64,000 nt of DNA. Source: Minisyncoccota bacterium (GTDB taxonomy: Bacteria > Patescibacteriota > Minisyncoccia > UBA6257 > GWB1-50-10). Shown one piece after another: positions 48,974-59,216 of this stretch (positions are counted from its first letter, which is position 1; each line of letters starts with the position of its first letter). Location of the stretch: assembly GCA_041659005.1 (NCBI GenBank), contig JBAZZD010000003.1, positions 2,650-66,649 on the forward strand, read 5' to 3'. Both the position numbers and the translations under genes were made by a program. The notes beneath the pieces were generated by a model. That model was given only the letters and a program-made list of their open reading frames with translations, had not been told where the DNA came from and ran no database searches.

Positions 48974-51365
48974 AGTGAAACGATTTCATTGATCCCCACG
49001 TTACGCCAATTTTAGTATCAACTGATAAAGGAATAGAAAGTTTCTCAACTGTTTCCATGCAGTCCCGTATTTTTGGTGAGATTGTATTTATAATATCATT
49101 TTTTACTTCGACTAAAAGCTCGTCATGAATAGTAAGGAGCGGAATCACGGTGTGTAGGTGGTTGCCACTTTCAATAAAAGAAAAGAGAGAAATTATCGCC
49201 AACTTCATAATATCTGCTCCATGACTTTGAAGTGGCATATTAATAATTGCTCGCTCAAGCTCCGCAAAGCGATCTTCTGGAAAAAATCTCTTTCTTCCAT
49301 TGCTATTTTCAACAAACTCATTCTTTTTTGCAAAATCTTTTATTTGGTTTTGCCATACAGAAACAGCAGGGAAGGAAGAAAAGTATTCATCCATAAATTT
49401 TTTTGAATCATTAATACTAATTCCGCTTGTTTTAGAAAAGGCACGCGATCCCATGCCGTAAATAATTCCGAAGTTTAATGTTTTTGCGACTCTTCGTTCT
49501 TGTTTTGTTATGTCGTCAGTCTTTTTATTAAAAATTTTTGATGCGGTGATTGTGTGGATATCTTTGTTTCCAATAAATGCCTGAATGAGCGTCGTATCTT
49601 TTGATTCGTGGGCGAGGAGACGAAGTTCAAGTTGTGAATAGTCAAAAGAAAGAAAAGAAAATCCAGCACGAGCAACAAAAGAATCTCTGATTTTTGATGA
49701 CCAAATAGATTCCTGGGGTATATTTTGGAGGTTTGGTTTCTCCGATGAGAGGCGGCCGGTTCCGGTGCCTGTTTGCAAATATGTTGTGTGAACCATTCCC
49801 TCGACCGAAAGCGAAAGAAGTGGTTCTACAAAACCTGAAAGCATTTTTGTATCTTCTCGGTACAATAATATTTTTTCAATAATTGGATGTGAGGAAGATA
49901 GGGACTCAAGAGTTTCTCTATCCGTTTTTATTTGTCCCGTCTTTGTTTTTTTTGTTTTTCCAAAAACACCTAGTTCTTGGAGGGTCTCGCCTACCTGTTT
50001 TGGTGACGAGATGTTGAACTGGATTCCAGCAAGTGCAATTATTTCTTTTTCTAATTGTGAAATTGTATTTGTTATTTCTTTTTTTAGTTCTTCTAGGGCG
50101 CTTTTATTTACTGAAATTCCCGATTGCTCCATTTGTGCAAGGAGTGGAATGAGTGGCATTTCGAATCTTTTATAAACGGAAAGTAGATTGTGTTTTTCAA
50201 GTTGCCCAAGAAGCAAATGTGTAATTGTTTGTATTGATTCCTTGTCTTGCACAATCACATCTTTCCTTAAGTATTTTTTTGCGATATATGCATACGAAGG
50301 TTTTGATATATCAGGATCTAATAACCAAGACATTATTGATATATCAAAAATGTTCTTAGGAATTTGTATGTGTTTTTCTATACAATCTTTACTAACTTGT
50401 TTCCAATCAAAGGCGGCGTAAGATAGATCGTCATTTTTTATATCAAGACATGAAAGAACCGGAATTATAATGGCCTGATTTTTTATTGAGCTATTTGTTT
50501 CCACCATAGATTCTTCTGGAAGAAGGTTTTTGAATCCAAGTTTCAAAAAAAACGGTCGCGCATGTGGATTTTCTTCAATGCGATGGTAAATAAAATCTGA
50601 CAATATGCGGCTTATTGGAATATCTTTTCTTATTGTAGCAAGGTGTTTTGAGAGAAGCGCAATATCTTTATAAGGAAGAATTTTTTTTAAGAAGGGGTCA
50701 GATAGATTTGTTTCTTTAAATATATCTTCGACTATTGAAAAAAGTGATAAAAGCTTCAGTGCTGTTTTTGGACCGACGCCAGGAATTCCCGGAATGTTAT
50801 CTGATGCGTCACCTACGAGACCTTTATAATCGATTACTCTGTTTGGTAGAACACCAAGTTTTAAAAATACATCTTTTTCTCCATATTCTTTCATTTCGCT
50901 TAGCCCTTTTTGTGGGGTTTTTACCGAAACGAGTCCATCTCGTACTAATTGAAGGGAATCAAGGTCGCCAGTGAGAATTGTTATGTGAACATCTTTTGAT
51001 GCAAATTTTTCGGCGAGTGTGCCAATAATGTCGTCTGCCTCGTATCCTGCTGCATCGACTATTGGGATTGAGAGAGTAGAAAAAAGATTTCGTGATATTT
51101 CAAATTGTGAAATAAGTTCATCGGGGGTCGTTGGGCGATTTGCTTTATACTCACTAAATTCTGATTTTCTAAAAGTTTCTTCTGGTCTATCAAATGCCGC
51201 CACAACATAGTCTGGATTGTGATCCCTCAGTGTTTTAATTAACATTCTGGCGAGCCCATACACCGCACCGATCGGTTGTCCATCTGGCGTGGTAAGTGGC
51301 GGAAGCGCATGGTATGCACGGTGAATAAGTGCGTGAGAGTCAATGAGAAGAAATTCTTTTTTCAT
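48963..51365 (-). CDS. polA: DNA polymerase I
   Basis: 5'-3' exonuclease (YEADD, GDASDNIPG), DYSQLELR, AKTLNFGIIYG, IHDEL. Confidence 0.97.
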   Translation of the reverse strand: MKKEFLLIDSHALIHRAYHALPPLTTPDGQPIGAVYGLARMLIKTLRDHNPDYVVAAFDRPEETFRKSEFSEYKANRPTTPDELISQFEISRNLFSTLSIPIVDAAGYEADDIIGTLAEKFASKDVHITILTGDLDSLQLVRDGLVSVKTPQKGLSEMKEYGEKDVFLKLGVLPNRVIDYKGLVGDASDNIPGIPGVGPKTALKLLSLFSIVEDIFKETNLSDPFLKKILPYKDIALLSKHLATIRKDIPISRILSDFIYHRIEENPHARPFFLKLGFKNLLPEESMVETNSSIKNQAIIIPVLSCLDIKNDDLSYAAFDWKQVSKDCIEKHIQIPKNIFDISIMSWLLDPDISKPSYAYIAKKYLRKDVIVQDKESIQTITHLLLGQLEKHNLLSVYKRFEMPLIPLLAQMEQSGISVNKSALEELKKEITNTISQLEKEIIALAGIQFNISSPKQVGETLQELGVFGKTKKTKTGQIKTDRETLESLSSSHPIIEKILLYREDTKMLSGFVEPLLSLSVEGMVHTTYLQTGTGTGRLSSEKPNLQNIPQESIWSSKIRDSFVARAGFSFLSFDYSQLELRLLAHESKDTTLIQAFIGNKDIHTITASKIFNKKTDDITKQERRVAKTLNFGIIYGMGSRAFSKTSGISINDSKKFMDEYFSSFPAVSVWQNQIKDFAKKNEFVENSNGRKRFFPEDRFAELERAIINMPLQSHGADIMKLAIISLFSFIESGNHLHTVIPLLTIHDELLVEVKNDIINTISPKIRDCMETVEKLSIPLSVDTKIGVTWGSMKSFHYDK

Positions 51366-51842
51366 TTATTGTGATAATTTTATTGTGATTAATCGGGTTT
51401 CGTTTGTTTTATGTTTTAGTGTTACAGAGCCACAAGATTTAACGATTTTTGACGACACCCTCTCTGGCCATTCAATAAAAATAATAAATGACGGGTCGTT
51501 TAAAAATGAATGAATTTCAAGTTGTTCTAAGTCGTGAAAAGATGAAAGGCGATACGCATCAATGTGAATGAAATTTTTATAATATTTTGATTGAATTGGA
51601 AAGCGTTTAATTAACACAAATGTCGGGCTCGTTATCCTTTTTTTTACATCAAAACCTTTCGCAGCCCCTTTAGTAAACGTTGTTTTTCCGGTACCGAGAT
51701 CACCACGCAAGGTTATTACTCTTGCGCGAGTAAGAGGCGGGGTGCTTTTGATAATGACGCCGAAGCGCTCCCCAATCTTTTTTGTTTCATCCGCTGAAGA
51801 CGATATAAATGATGAAGAAAAAACAAACACACTCTTTTTCAT
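51366..51842 (-). CDS. tsaE: tRNA threonylcarbamoyladenosine ATPase TsaE
   Basis: GDLGTGKTTF, SPTF, HIDAYRL, IEWPE. Confidence 0.95.
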   Translation of the reverse strand: MKKSVFVFSSSFISSSADETKKIGERFGVIIKSTPPLTRARVITLRGDLGTGKTTFTKGAAKGFDVKKRITSPTFVLIKRFPIQSKYYKNFIHIDAYRLSSFHDLEQLEIHSFLNDPSFIIFIEWPERVSSKIVKSCGSVTLKHKTNETRLITIKLSQ

Positions 51843-51851
51843 ATTGAGATG

Positions 51852-52856
51852 CTAAAATAATTCCCCATCTTTTTCTTTTGCTCCTAAATGTTGATATGCC
51901 AACTTTGTCGCAATTCTTCCAGACGGGGTTCGGTGGAGGAGGCCAATTTTTATGAGGAATGGTTCATATACATCTTCAATGGTTCCTGGCTCCTCATTGA
52001 GTGCTGCTCCAAGTGATTTTAATCCAACAGGACCCCCATTAAATTTTTCTATGATTATTGAAAGAATTTCTCTGTCTGTTTTGTCCAGTCCAAATTCATC
52101 AATTTCAAGAAGTTCAAGTGTCTTATATATCACGTCCATGTCCACGGTATTATTGTTATATATCTGTGCGTAGTCTCTTGCGCGTTTTAACAAACGATTT
52201 GCGGTTCGTGGAGTAAAACGAGATGCGTGAGAGAGCTTTTCTGAGGCGGATTTTTTAATTGTTATTCCAAGAATATTAGCAGATCGGTCAATAATTTTTT
52301 GAATGTCTTCTGCATTGTAATAATCAAGTCGAAATGTTGCACCAAAGCGAGAACGGAGAGGTGCCGAAAGGAGATTTGCGCGTGTTGTTGCTGCAATGAT
52401 AGTGAACGGTGGAAGGTCAAGTGAAAATGTTCTTGCTGATGGTCCCTTTCCGACAATAAGATGAATCTTTCTTGATTCCATTGCGGGATAAAGAATTTCT
52501 TCTATTGCGGTATTTAAGCGATGTGCCTCGTCAATAAATAAAATATCATGTGGTTCAAGATTGGTAAGAAGCGCCGCAACATCTCCAGCCTTTTCAAGTG
52601 CGGGACCTGATGTTGAGCGGATTTGTGCGTTTAATTCTTTTGCAATGAGATAGGCAAGCGTCGTCTTTCCCAATCCAGGTTGCCCATAAAACAACATATG
52701 ATCAGGGGCTTCTCCCCGTGCTTTTGCTGCGTCAATAATCAAACGAATATTTGTTTTCGTTGTTTCTTGGCCGACATATTCGTCCCAACGCGACGGACGA
52801 AGCGCGGCGTCAAAGTTGCCGTCAGAAGAATCTTGCGTCTTTAATTCTTTGTCCAT
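51852..52856 (-). CDS. ruvB: Holliday junction helicase RuvB
   Basis: LRP...EYVGQ, GQPGLGKTT, FIDEAHRL, EPFLI..G...RTPSGR. Confidence 0.98.
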   Translation of the reverse strand: MDKELKTQDSSDGNFDAALRPSRWDEYVGQETTKTNIRLIIDAAKARGEAPDHMLFYGQPGLGKTTLAYLIAKELNAQIRSTSGPALEKAGDVAALLTNLEPHDILFIDEAHRLNTAIEEILYPAMESRKIHLIVGKGPSARTFSLDLPPFTIIAATTRANLLSAPLRSRFGATFRLDYYNAEDIQKIIDRSANILGITIKKSASEKLSHASRFTPRTANRLLKRARDYAQIYNNNTVDMDVIYKTLELLEIDEFGLDKTDREILSIIIEKFNGGPVGLKSLGAALNEEPGTIEDVYEPFLIKIGLLHRTPSGRIATKLAYQHLGAKEKDGELF

Positions 52857-53066
52857 TCGTTATTGTTAACTATACGTCAATTTGGTGATATTTTGAAGGG
52901 GAGCGAACGTTAAAAATACTATAAATATCTTAAATAAACATTATCTCTAACAATAGAGTGCACAGCGAGGTTGGGCACTTGGTGTTTCCGGGTTCGATAG
53001 AATTGGGGTTGACATATGAAATAAACCACTATATAAATGTACAAGCCCAAAAGAAAAGGGAGCATA

Positions 53067-53095
53067 TTGACAAATTTCTTAATGTGTGCTAAGAT
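53067..53095 (+). promoter_or_regulatory. Sigma70-type promoter of the ncRNA
   Basis: TTGACA-17 bp-TAAGAT with extended -10 TG. Confidence 0.75.
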
Positions 53096-53120
53096 TACAA
53101 TATAAGTTAAGTTGAAGTCG

Positions 53121-53283
53121 TTCATTTATACCTGTGGGCAAACGGATTCGTTTCTTAAACATTTAAAGGACTTTTTGGTTTCGGCTGGAAAACTCCTCGG
53201 AGACATCCGCTCTTTTCTCATGCTCATATGAGGAAAGTTTTTAAAACAAGCCTAACGGCGTGCTGCCCACAGATATAAATGAA
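53121..53283 (+). ncRNA. Structured ncRNA, probably 6S RNA-like
   Basis: 20-bp closing stem TTCATTTATACCTGTGGGCA / TGCCCACAGATATAAATGAA, internal bubble, distal stem (GGCT/AGCC, AAAACT/AGTTTT, CCTC/GAGG); own promoter and terminator; no ORF. Confidence 0.6.
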
Positions 53284-53288
53284 GGAAA

Positions 53289-53315
53289 AGCCCCCACCAT
53301 GAAATGGTGGGGGCT
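53289..53315. terminator. Strong terminator hairpin
   Basis: AGCCCCCACCAT-GAA-ATGGTGGGGGCT. Confidence 0.8.
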
Positions 53316-53407
53316 GTATTGTACTAGAGACGACAAATAAAAACTTTTTATTTATTAAAAGAAATTATTTCTTTTTGTCTTCAGGTAAAAATGTAATAAA
53401 ATTATAT

Positions 53408-55084
53408 TTATTTTAGCCATTTAATTGTTCCTGTTGCTCGTTCCACTTCTTCGGTACTTGTTATTCCAAGAATAACCTTAAGAAAACCATCTTCCTGCAT
53501 TGTTACCATTCCTTGTGTTCGTGCTAAATTAAAAAGTTCCATTTCTGTTGGGTCTTTATAAATAAGTTCGCGCATCGCATCAGTAACAACAAACAGTTCA
53601 AAAATTGAGATACGATTACGATATCCCAAGCCGCCACAATCAGAGCAACCCTTCGGGGTGTATATTTGTGGATTGCTATACAGAGACTTATCAACACGAG
53701 AGGGAAGTGTTTCTATGAACGACTGTATTTTTTTCTTTAATTCAGGAGACACCTCTTCTTTCTCTTTGCATTTCGCACAAAGTATACGAACAAGGCGCTG
53801 AGCAATAATAAGAGTGAGCGCAGGACCTAATATGTTTGGTTTTGCTCCAAGATCAAGAAAACGTGGAATTGCACCAATGGCATCATTGGTGTGAAGTGTT
53901 GAAAAAACAAGATGACCAGTGAGCGACGACTCAAGTGCTATTTCCGCGGTTTCTTTGTCTCGTATTTCTCCAATGAGAATGACGTCGGGGTCCTGACGTA
54001 AGATTGACCGCAATCCTGAAGCAAATGTGTAATTTGCGTTCGAATTTACTTGTGTTTGTGAAACTCCATCGAGATGATATTCAATTGGATCTTCAACGGT
54101 AATTATTTTTATCTCCGACGAATAAACACTTTTTAAAAATGCATAGAGTGTTGTTGTTTTTCCTGATCCCGTAGGGCCAGTATTTAAAATAAGTCCATTT
54201 GGTTGATTAATTGCCTCTTTAACTATTTCGAGGTCATCCCTTCTCCATCCCAAATCTTCAAGGTTTACTTTTAGAGCCAACGGATCCAAAATACGCAACA
54301 CAATCGTTTCTCCATATTCGGACGGAATAATAGATGTACGAACCTCAATTTCTCTATTAGATAATCCAATAGTAAATCGTCCATCTTGTGGCTCATTTAT
54401 AATATTAAGTTTTAGGCTCGAAAGAAGTTTGATTCTTGTAGTGAGTGATTTATAAATATGTGGTGAGAATTTTTCAAACGCGGTATGGAGTATCCCATCA
54501 ATACGGAGACGAAGAACGCCCATTTCGTCGGCTGGTTCCATGTGTATGTCTGATGCTTTGAGCGCCATTGCTCCTGCAAGAATAATTTCAAGCATCTGTG
54601 AGATAAAAGGACTAGAAAAATTAGCAAGGTGGGATTCCAAATCTTTTAATGTTTTTACCTCGCCTAAAATAATACGAAGATTTTCTTCATTGATATCAAC
54701 CTTCCCTGCTATTTCCTTTGTTTCATCGGGGACATATTTATAATAACTCCAGCCGTGTTCAAGGCTTACTCGCGAAACAATGTGGATCTCAACTTCTAAT
54801 CCGCTTGCTTTTAATTTTTCAATTATTATATGAGCCTCAGGAAGGCGAGGGTCAAATGCGGCGACAACAATTTTCTCCTTAGTGGTATGAAGGGGAACAA
54901 TAAGAGCTTTTCGTGCATCAACTTCAGAAATTTTTTGCATTGCCTTTAATTCGGTTGGCACACGAGTAGACACAATATCAAGATAAGGAAGGCCAATTTG
55001 CACGGCGCGTCGTTTTGCATCACTTTCTTCAGCAATGCGCCTCGCTTTTTGAAGTTGTTCTTGTAAAAGTTTGTTATTAAACAT
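53408..55084 (-). CDS. pilB: Type IV pilus assembly ATPase PilB / GspE family
   Basis: ASDIH.EP, PQDGRF, GPTGSGKTTTLY, RQDPDVILIGEIRD, TGHLVFSTLH, CxxC...CxxC. Confidence 0.92.
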   Translation of the reverse strand: MFNNKLLQEQLQKARRIAEESDAKRRAVQIGLPYLDIVSTRVPTELKAMQKISEVDARKALIVPLHTTKEKIVVAAFDPRLPEAHIIIEKLKASGLEVEIHIVSRVSLEHGWSYYKYVPDETKEIAGKVDINEENLRIILGEVKTLKDLESHLANFSSPFISQMLEIILAGAMALKASDIHMEPADEMGVLRLRIDGILHTAFEKFSPHIYKSLTTRIKLLSSLKLNIINEPQDGRFTIGLSNREIEVRTSIIPSEYGETIVLRILDPLALKVNLEDLGWRRDDLEIVKEAINQPNGLILNTGPTGSGKTTTLYAFLKSVYSSEIKIITVEDPIEYHLDGVSQTQVNSNANYTFASGLRSILRQDPDVILIGEIRDKETAEIALESSLTGHLVFSTLHTNDAIGAIPRFLDLGAKPNILGPALTLIIAQRLVRILCAKCKEKEEVSPELKKKIQSFIETLPSRVDKSLYSNPQIYTPKGCSDCGGLGYRNRISIFELFVVTDAMRELIYKDPTEMELFNLARTQGMVTMQEDGFLKVILGITSTEEVERATGTIKWLK

Positions 55085-55205
55085 ACTTATAGATATATTC
55101 TACCTATTTTTTATAAAACTTGACAGAATGCTTAATGCTTGATTTTTTTGGTGTTTGGTGGTATAATGTATTCATCATTAATAATTATTGAAGTAGGAGC
55201 TTGAA

Positions 55206-55598
55206 ATGAAACGTTTATTTTTGTCGTTTGTTTGTTTGTCATTTTTGTTTTCTGGATGTGTAACATTAAAAACCAACATTCCTTTTTATCGTACCGATGG
55301 AGTGATTGTAACCTGTCCGGTAAGCGTTGGGAGGATCGTAATTAAAAAATATTCTAGGTTCGTTGAGGGGCAAGAATACACCGTGGTTCCTGGGAAGGAA
55401 ACTCGTGTGTATGCAGACGGAGTATTTTCGGACCAACCGATGACTCTTGTTGGTTTCGTCTACAATAAAAAAGGTCAAGTTATAGGTCGCGTATCTCGCG
55501 ATTTCCGGTTTGACGGAAACTCCTATGAGGTAAAGATTCACATGTGGAATATTACCAACTGGGAGTCTACTCAATCTGAAAGGAATTGGTTGTGGTAA
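55206..55598 (+). CDS. Putative lipoprotein
   Basis: Lipobox LFSGC; own promoter (TTGATT-17-TATAAT) and SD AGGAG. Confidence 0.7.
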   Translation: MKRLFLSFVCLSFLFSGCVTLKTNIPFYRTDGVIVTCPVSVGRIVIKKYSRFVEGQEYTVVPGKETRVYADGVFSDQPMTLVGFVYNKKGQVIGRVSRDFRFDGNSYEVKIHMWNITNWESTQSERNWLW

Positions 55599-55650
55599 AT
55601 AATTTGCTCGTGCGTATGCACGGGCGATTTTTTTTGGTATCTTAAAAGCG

Positions 55651-56457
55651 ATGATCATTTTCCTATACGGAGCAGATATATATAGGAGGGAAGTGAAGGT
55701 AAAAGAACTTCTTACAATCAACCGCGAAAAAAAGAAAAATGCGGATATTAAAGTTTTTGATTTGTGCGAAGAAAAAGAGAAATGGAGAGAAGCAAAGGAA
55801 TTCCTTTCTCAACCATCAATGTTTTCTGATACAAAAACAGTGGTAATTTATGGAAGCGGAGAGGTAGATATAAAAGAATGGAGAGAGTTATTAAAAAAAG
55901 AGATCCACACAAAAGACCATGTAATAATTATTTCTGATGAAAAAGCACCAAAAAAGAATTTTCAGTTTCTTTTAGATCCAAATATTAAAACAAGCGAATA
56001 TACAGAGCTTGATGAAAAAAAACTTGAGGTATTTTTAAAGCGTGAAGCAGAGCGACTCGATGTTTCATTAGATAACGAGTCGTGGAAATTATTCGTTTTG
56101 CACATTGAATCATTTCCACTGCGAAGTGCCGCCGGCGTTCGTGAACTCGAGAAGTGTGCATTATTTTCCAAAAATAAAATATTAAATGAGGATGGATTAC
56201 GATCAATAATACAAACTTCAGAAACAGAAGATGTGTATGGAGTGGCGCGGACACTCACATCAGAAAGAAGAAGAGAGAAGAGAATGGCTATTCTTGAGCG
56301 TGCGCTTATCAACAAAGTAGATCCTGCACACTTATTTAATACGTTGGTATATGTGGTAAATGGTGTGGGGATTGAGCGTCTTGCACAACTTGATGTAAAA
56401 ATAAAAAGCGGGAACGCAGAATACGAAGAAGCACTCCTCGAATTTGTTCTCCATTAG
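55651..56457 (+). CDS. holA: DNA polymerase III delta subunit-like
   Basis: MIIFLYG.D, SMFS, ELEK, D..IKSG; adjacent to rpsT (usual synteny). Confidence 0.8.
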   Translation: MIIFLYGADIYRREVKVKELLTINREKKKNADIKVFDLCEEKEKWREAKEFLSQPSMFSDTKTVVIYGSGEVDIKEWRELLKKEIHTKDHVIIISDEKAPKKNFQFLLDPNIKTSEYTELDEKKLEVFLKREAERLDVSLDNESWKLFVLHIESFPLRSAAGVRELEKCALFSKNKILNEDGLRSIIQTSETEDVYGVARTLTSERRREKRMAILERALINKVDPAHLFNTLVYVVNGVGIERLAQLDVKIKSGNAEYEEALLEFVLH

Positions 56458-56617
56458 ACCTACTGCATAATTATGTTTTAGCTACAATTTTCACATTTCT
56501 GCTGCGGCTTTGCAAAAATCTTTCAATATATTCTGCCTGAATATACTTCAATATTTTTGCAAAGCCGCAGCAGAAATGTGAAAATTGTAGCTAAAACATA
56601 ATTATGCAGTAGGTCTA
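56455..56617. mobile_element. MITE-like perfect palindrome (65-bp arms)
   Basis: 56455-56519 is the exact reverse complement of 56553-56617; flanked by an ATT (or TA) duplication. Confidence 0.85.
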
Positions 56618-56618
56618 T

Positions 56619-56649
56619 TAAAAACTCTCCAATAAACGGAGAGTTTTTA
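56619..56649. terminator. Bidirectional terminator holA/rpsT
   Basis: TAAAAACTCTCC...GGAGAGTTTTTA. Confidence 0.75.
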
Positions 56650-56650
56650 A

Positions 56651-56902
56651 TTATTTTAGTTTTTTTGCAAGACGAGACTTCATTCGATTTGCTTTGCCTT
56701 TTTTGATAAGTTTCACCTTTGCCATCTTATCAATTGTTTTATAGGTTTCTGCGAGTTTTGTTTTCGCTTCATCTTTGCTAGTTGAAAGAGAACGACGAAA
56801 ACTTTTTATTACGATTTTAAGTTTTGTTTTTCGTGCGTCGTTTCGTGCGTTTCTCGTTTTATTTTGCTTTAATGCTTTTTTTGCTGAACTTGTTTTTGGC
56901 AT
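56651..56902 (-). CDS. rpsT: 30S ribosomal protein S20
   Basis: MP.TSSAKKAL.Q...N...K, IDK.AK..LIKK.KANRMKSRL. Confidence 0.95.
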   Translation of the reverse strand: MPKTSSAKKALKQNKTRNARNDARKTKLKIVIKSFRRSLSTSKDEAKTKLAETYKTIDKMAKVKLIKKGKANRMKSRLAKKLK

Positions 56903-56982
56903 ATTTCTATAGACACAGTAAAGCGTATTTTTTATGAAATGTCAAAGTATGTGAGTAGTTTGTTGTGGGGTATACTTACCGT

Positions 56983-57555
56983 ATGTGGTACTGCATTAAT
57001 GGCGAGGTACAAGAAAAAAAGAAGGGCTTTTTTGTTCTTTTGGTGAACGGAATGGGATATAAAATTTATACAAATTCTAATACGCTTGAGTTTGTTAGCG
57101 GCAAAATAACGATATTCACACACGTGCATATTCGGGAGGATGCGTTTGATATTTTTGGATTTTTAACAGAAGAGACCCTACTTCTTTTTGAAATGTTAAT
57201 TTCCGTGTCAGGTGTTGGGCCAAAAACCGCACTTGGAATTCTTGATCTTGATAACATTCCAAATCTTACCGCAATTATTTTAGAGAAGCGTGCCGACATT
57301 CTTTCTCGTGCGTCAGGAATTGGGAAAAAGACAGCAGAACGAATTATTTTAGAGCTTCATGCAAAAATGAAGGAATTTGGAACAGCAAAGTCTGCGGGTG
57401 ATCATGATCTGCGTAATGAGGTTGAGGAGGTATTAGTAAATCTTGGATATATTCGTGCAATTGCCCGAAAAACAGCACAAGAAGCGCACGGAGACTCTGT
57501 GGAAGAACGATTGAGGAGTGCGCTTCGTTCAATTGGTACTAATAGAAGGTCATAA
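56983..57555 (+). CDS. ruvA: Holliday junction protein RuvA
   Basis: VNGMGY, HIRED, LISVSGVGPKTAL, GIGKKTAERIILEL, L.NLGY. Confidence 0.96.
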   Translation: MWYCINGEVQEKKKGFFVLLVNGMGYKIYTNSNTLEFVSGKITIFTHVHIREDAFDIFGFLTEETLLLFEMLISVSGVGPKTALGILDLDNIPNLTAIILEKRADILSRASGIGKKTAERIILELHAKMKEFGTAKSAGDHDLRNEVEEVLVNLGYIRAIARKTAQEAHGDSVEERLRSALRSIGTNRRS

Positions 57556-57557
57556 CT

Positions 57558-58811
57558 ATGAAAAGTATTTTCTCAATTTATCATTTTCTTTGGGCGTTTT
57601 TAGGAAACATTTTTTATGGCATTCCAAGTAGAAAATTATTTGTTGTTGGTGTTACGGGAACAAAAGGAAAATCGACAACTTTGGAACTTATGAGTGCAAT
57701 TATGGAGGAGGCAGGAGAGACAACGGCAGTCCTTTCTTCGGTAACAAAAAAAATTGGAAAGCATACAAAAAAGAACACTACAGGAAACTCAATGCCCGGA
57801 AGAATGGAAATTCAAAAATTTTTATATCAGGCAAAAAAAGCAAAATGTTCGCATGTTTTTATTGAGGTAACTTCGCAGGGCGTAGTACAGCACCGACATA
57901 GATTTATTGACTGGAATGCTGCGGTGTTTCTCAATCTTTCCAAGGAACATATTGAATCTCACGGTTCGTATGATGCATATCGCAAAGCAAAACTTTCTTT
58001 TTTTGAATATGTTGCAAAAACAAAAAAGAAAAAAAGAATTTTCATTATTAATAAAAATGATAAAGAAGGAGAATTGTTCGCTCACGCAATTCGTCATAAT
58101 TATGCAAATTCAATATACTGGTTTTCAAAAGAAGATTTCTTAAGAAAGATTTCCGATTATGTTGATATAACATCAGACAAAGCACGCGCAAAGTTTAATG
58201 AGTGGATTTTTGCCGATTTTAATTTGGAGAATTCTGCAGCAGCAAGAACATTTTCTGAAACACAAAATATTTCTTTTGAAATAGTGCAGAAAGCGCTTTC
58301 AAAATTTCGTGGAATTTCTGGGCGACTTGAGGTTATACAACGGAAACCATTTTCGGTAATCGTCGATTACGCACACACTCCTGATTCGCTTGAGAAGATC
58401 TATGCGGTTGCGAGGAAGGATTATTGTTTAGAACCGACAAATTCACTTATCGCAGTCCTTGGTTCTGCGGGAGGGGGACGAGACAAATGGAAGCGGGCAG
58501 AGATGGGGTCGATTGCTGGTAGGGTATGCAATGAAATTATTATTACTAATGAAGATCCATTTGATGAAGATCCAACAGAAATTATGGACGAGATAAAAAG
58601 TGGAGTGGTGCGTTCTGGGTTTTTGGAACAAAATATAAAAATGATTCTTGATAGACGAGAAGCGATTAGATATGCACTAAAACAAGCAAAGAAAGGAGAT
58701 GTAGTTATTGCAACAGGAAAGGGAAGTGAAGAATGGATTCGGTGGGAGAGAGAAAGAAAAGAAGCGTGGAATGAACGAAAAGTATTTGAAGAAGAATTAA
58801 AAAAAATATAA
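57558..58811 (+). CDS. murE: Mur ligase, MurE-like
   Basis: GVTGTKGKSTT, EVTS, EH...H, DYAHTPD, GGRD..KR, EDP, GKG.E. Confidence 0.85.
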   Translation: MKSIFSIYHFLWAFLGNIFYGIPSRKLFVVGVTGTKGKSTTLELMSAIMEEAGETTAVLSSVTKKIGKHTKKNTTGNSMPGRMEIQKFLYQAKKAKCSHVFIEVTSQGVVQHRHRFIDWNAAVFLNLSKEHIESHGSYDAYRKAKLSFFEYVAKTKKKKRIFIINKNDKEGELFAHAIRHNYANSIYWFSKEDFLRKISDYVDITSDKARAKFNEWIFADFNLENSAAARTFSETQNISFEIVQKALSKFRGISGRLEVIQRKPFSVIVDYAHTPDSLEKIYAVARKDYCLEPTNSLIAVLGSAGGGRDKWKRAEMGSIAGRVCNEIIITNEDPFDEDPTEIMDEIKSGVVRSGFLEQNIKMILDRREAIRYALKQAKKGDVVIATGKGSEEWIRWERERKEAWNERKVFEEELKKI

Positions 58812-58816
58812 GCCCC

Positions 58817-59110
58817 TCATTGAGGGGTTTTGTATTTTATTTCGGAAAGCGAGTACTCCCCGTATAAAAACTTTTTCCATGTGCCGTTTTCGCATGTTTC
58901 AATATTTTTTATAATAATATCCTTCCAAAATACCTTCCTTTTTAACACCCCCTCAATGTTTTTGTGAATGAGGAAGAGAAAATCATTCACGTTGTGGGCG
59001 AAACGGTAGAAGTCACGTACCGTGTGACAAACTTTACCATTTGCAAACACAAAAACATTATCACACCGGAATTTTATTATACGCGTTCCCAGCTTGGATT
59101 TTTCAGGCAT
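58817..59110 (-). CDS. Hypothetical protein
   Basis: 97 aa with its own promoter (TTGATT-17-TATAAT) and SD AAGGA. Confidence 0.55.
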   Translation of the reverse strand: MPEKSKLGTRIIKFRCDNVFVFANGKVCHTVRDFYRFAHNVNDFLFLIHKNIEGVLKRKVFWKDIIIKNIETCENGTWKKFLYGEYSLSEIKYKTPQ

Positions 59111-59216
59111 GGCACTTCCTTTTCAATTGTTAATGGATGAATTATAGCATTTATTTGATAAAAAATCAATAGATGACGTACCCAGCTAAGTAATCCTGTA
59201 TAATAAGTAATATATT

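Noticed and set aside
52919-53125. 68-aa ORF upstream of ruvB
   Set aside because: Overlaps the ncRNA promoter on the other strand, with no supporting signals.
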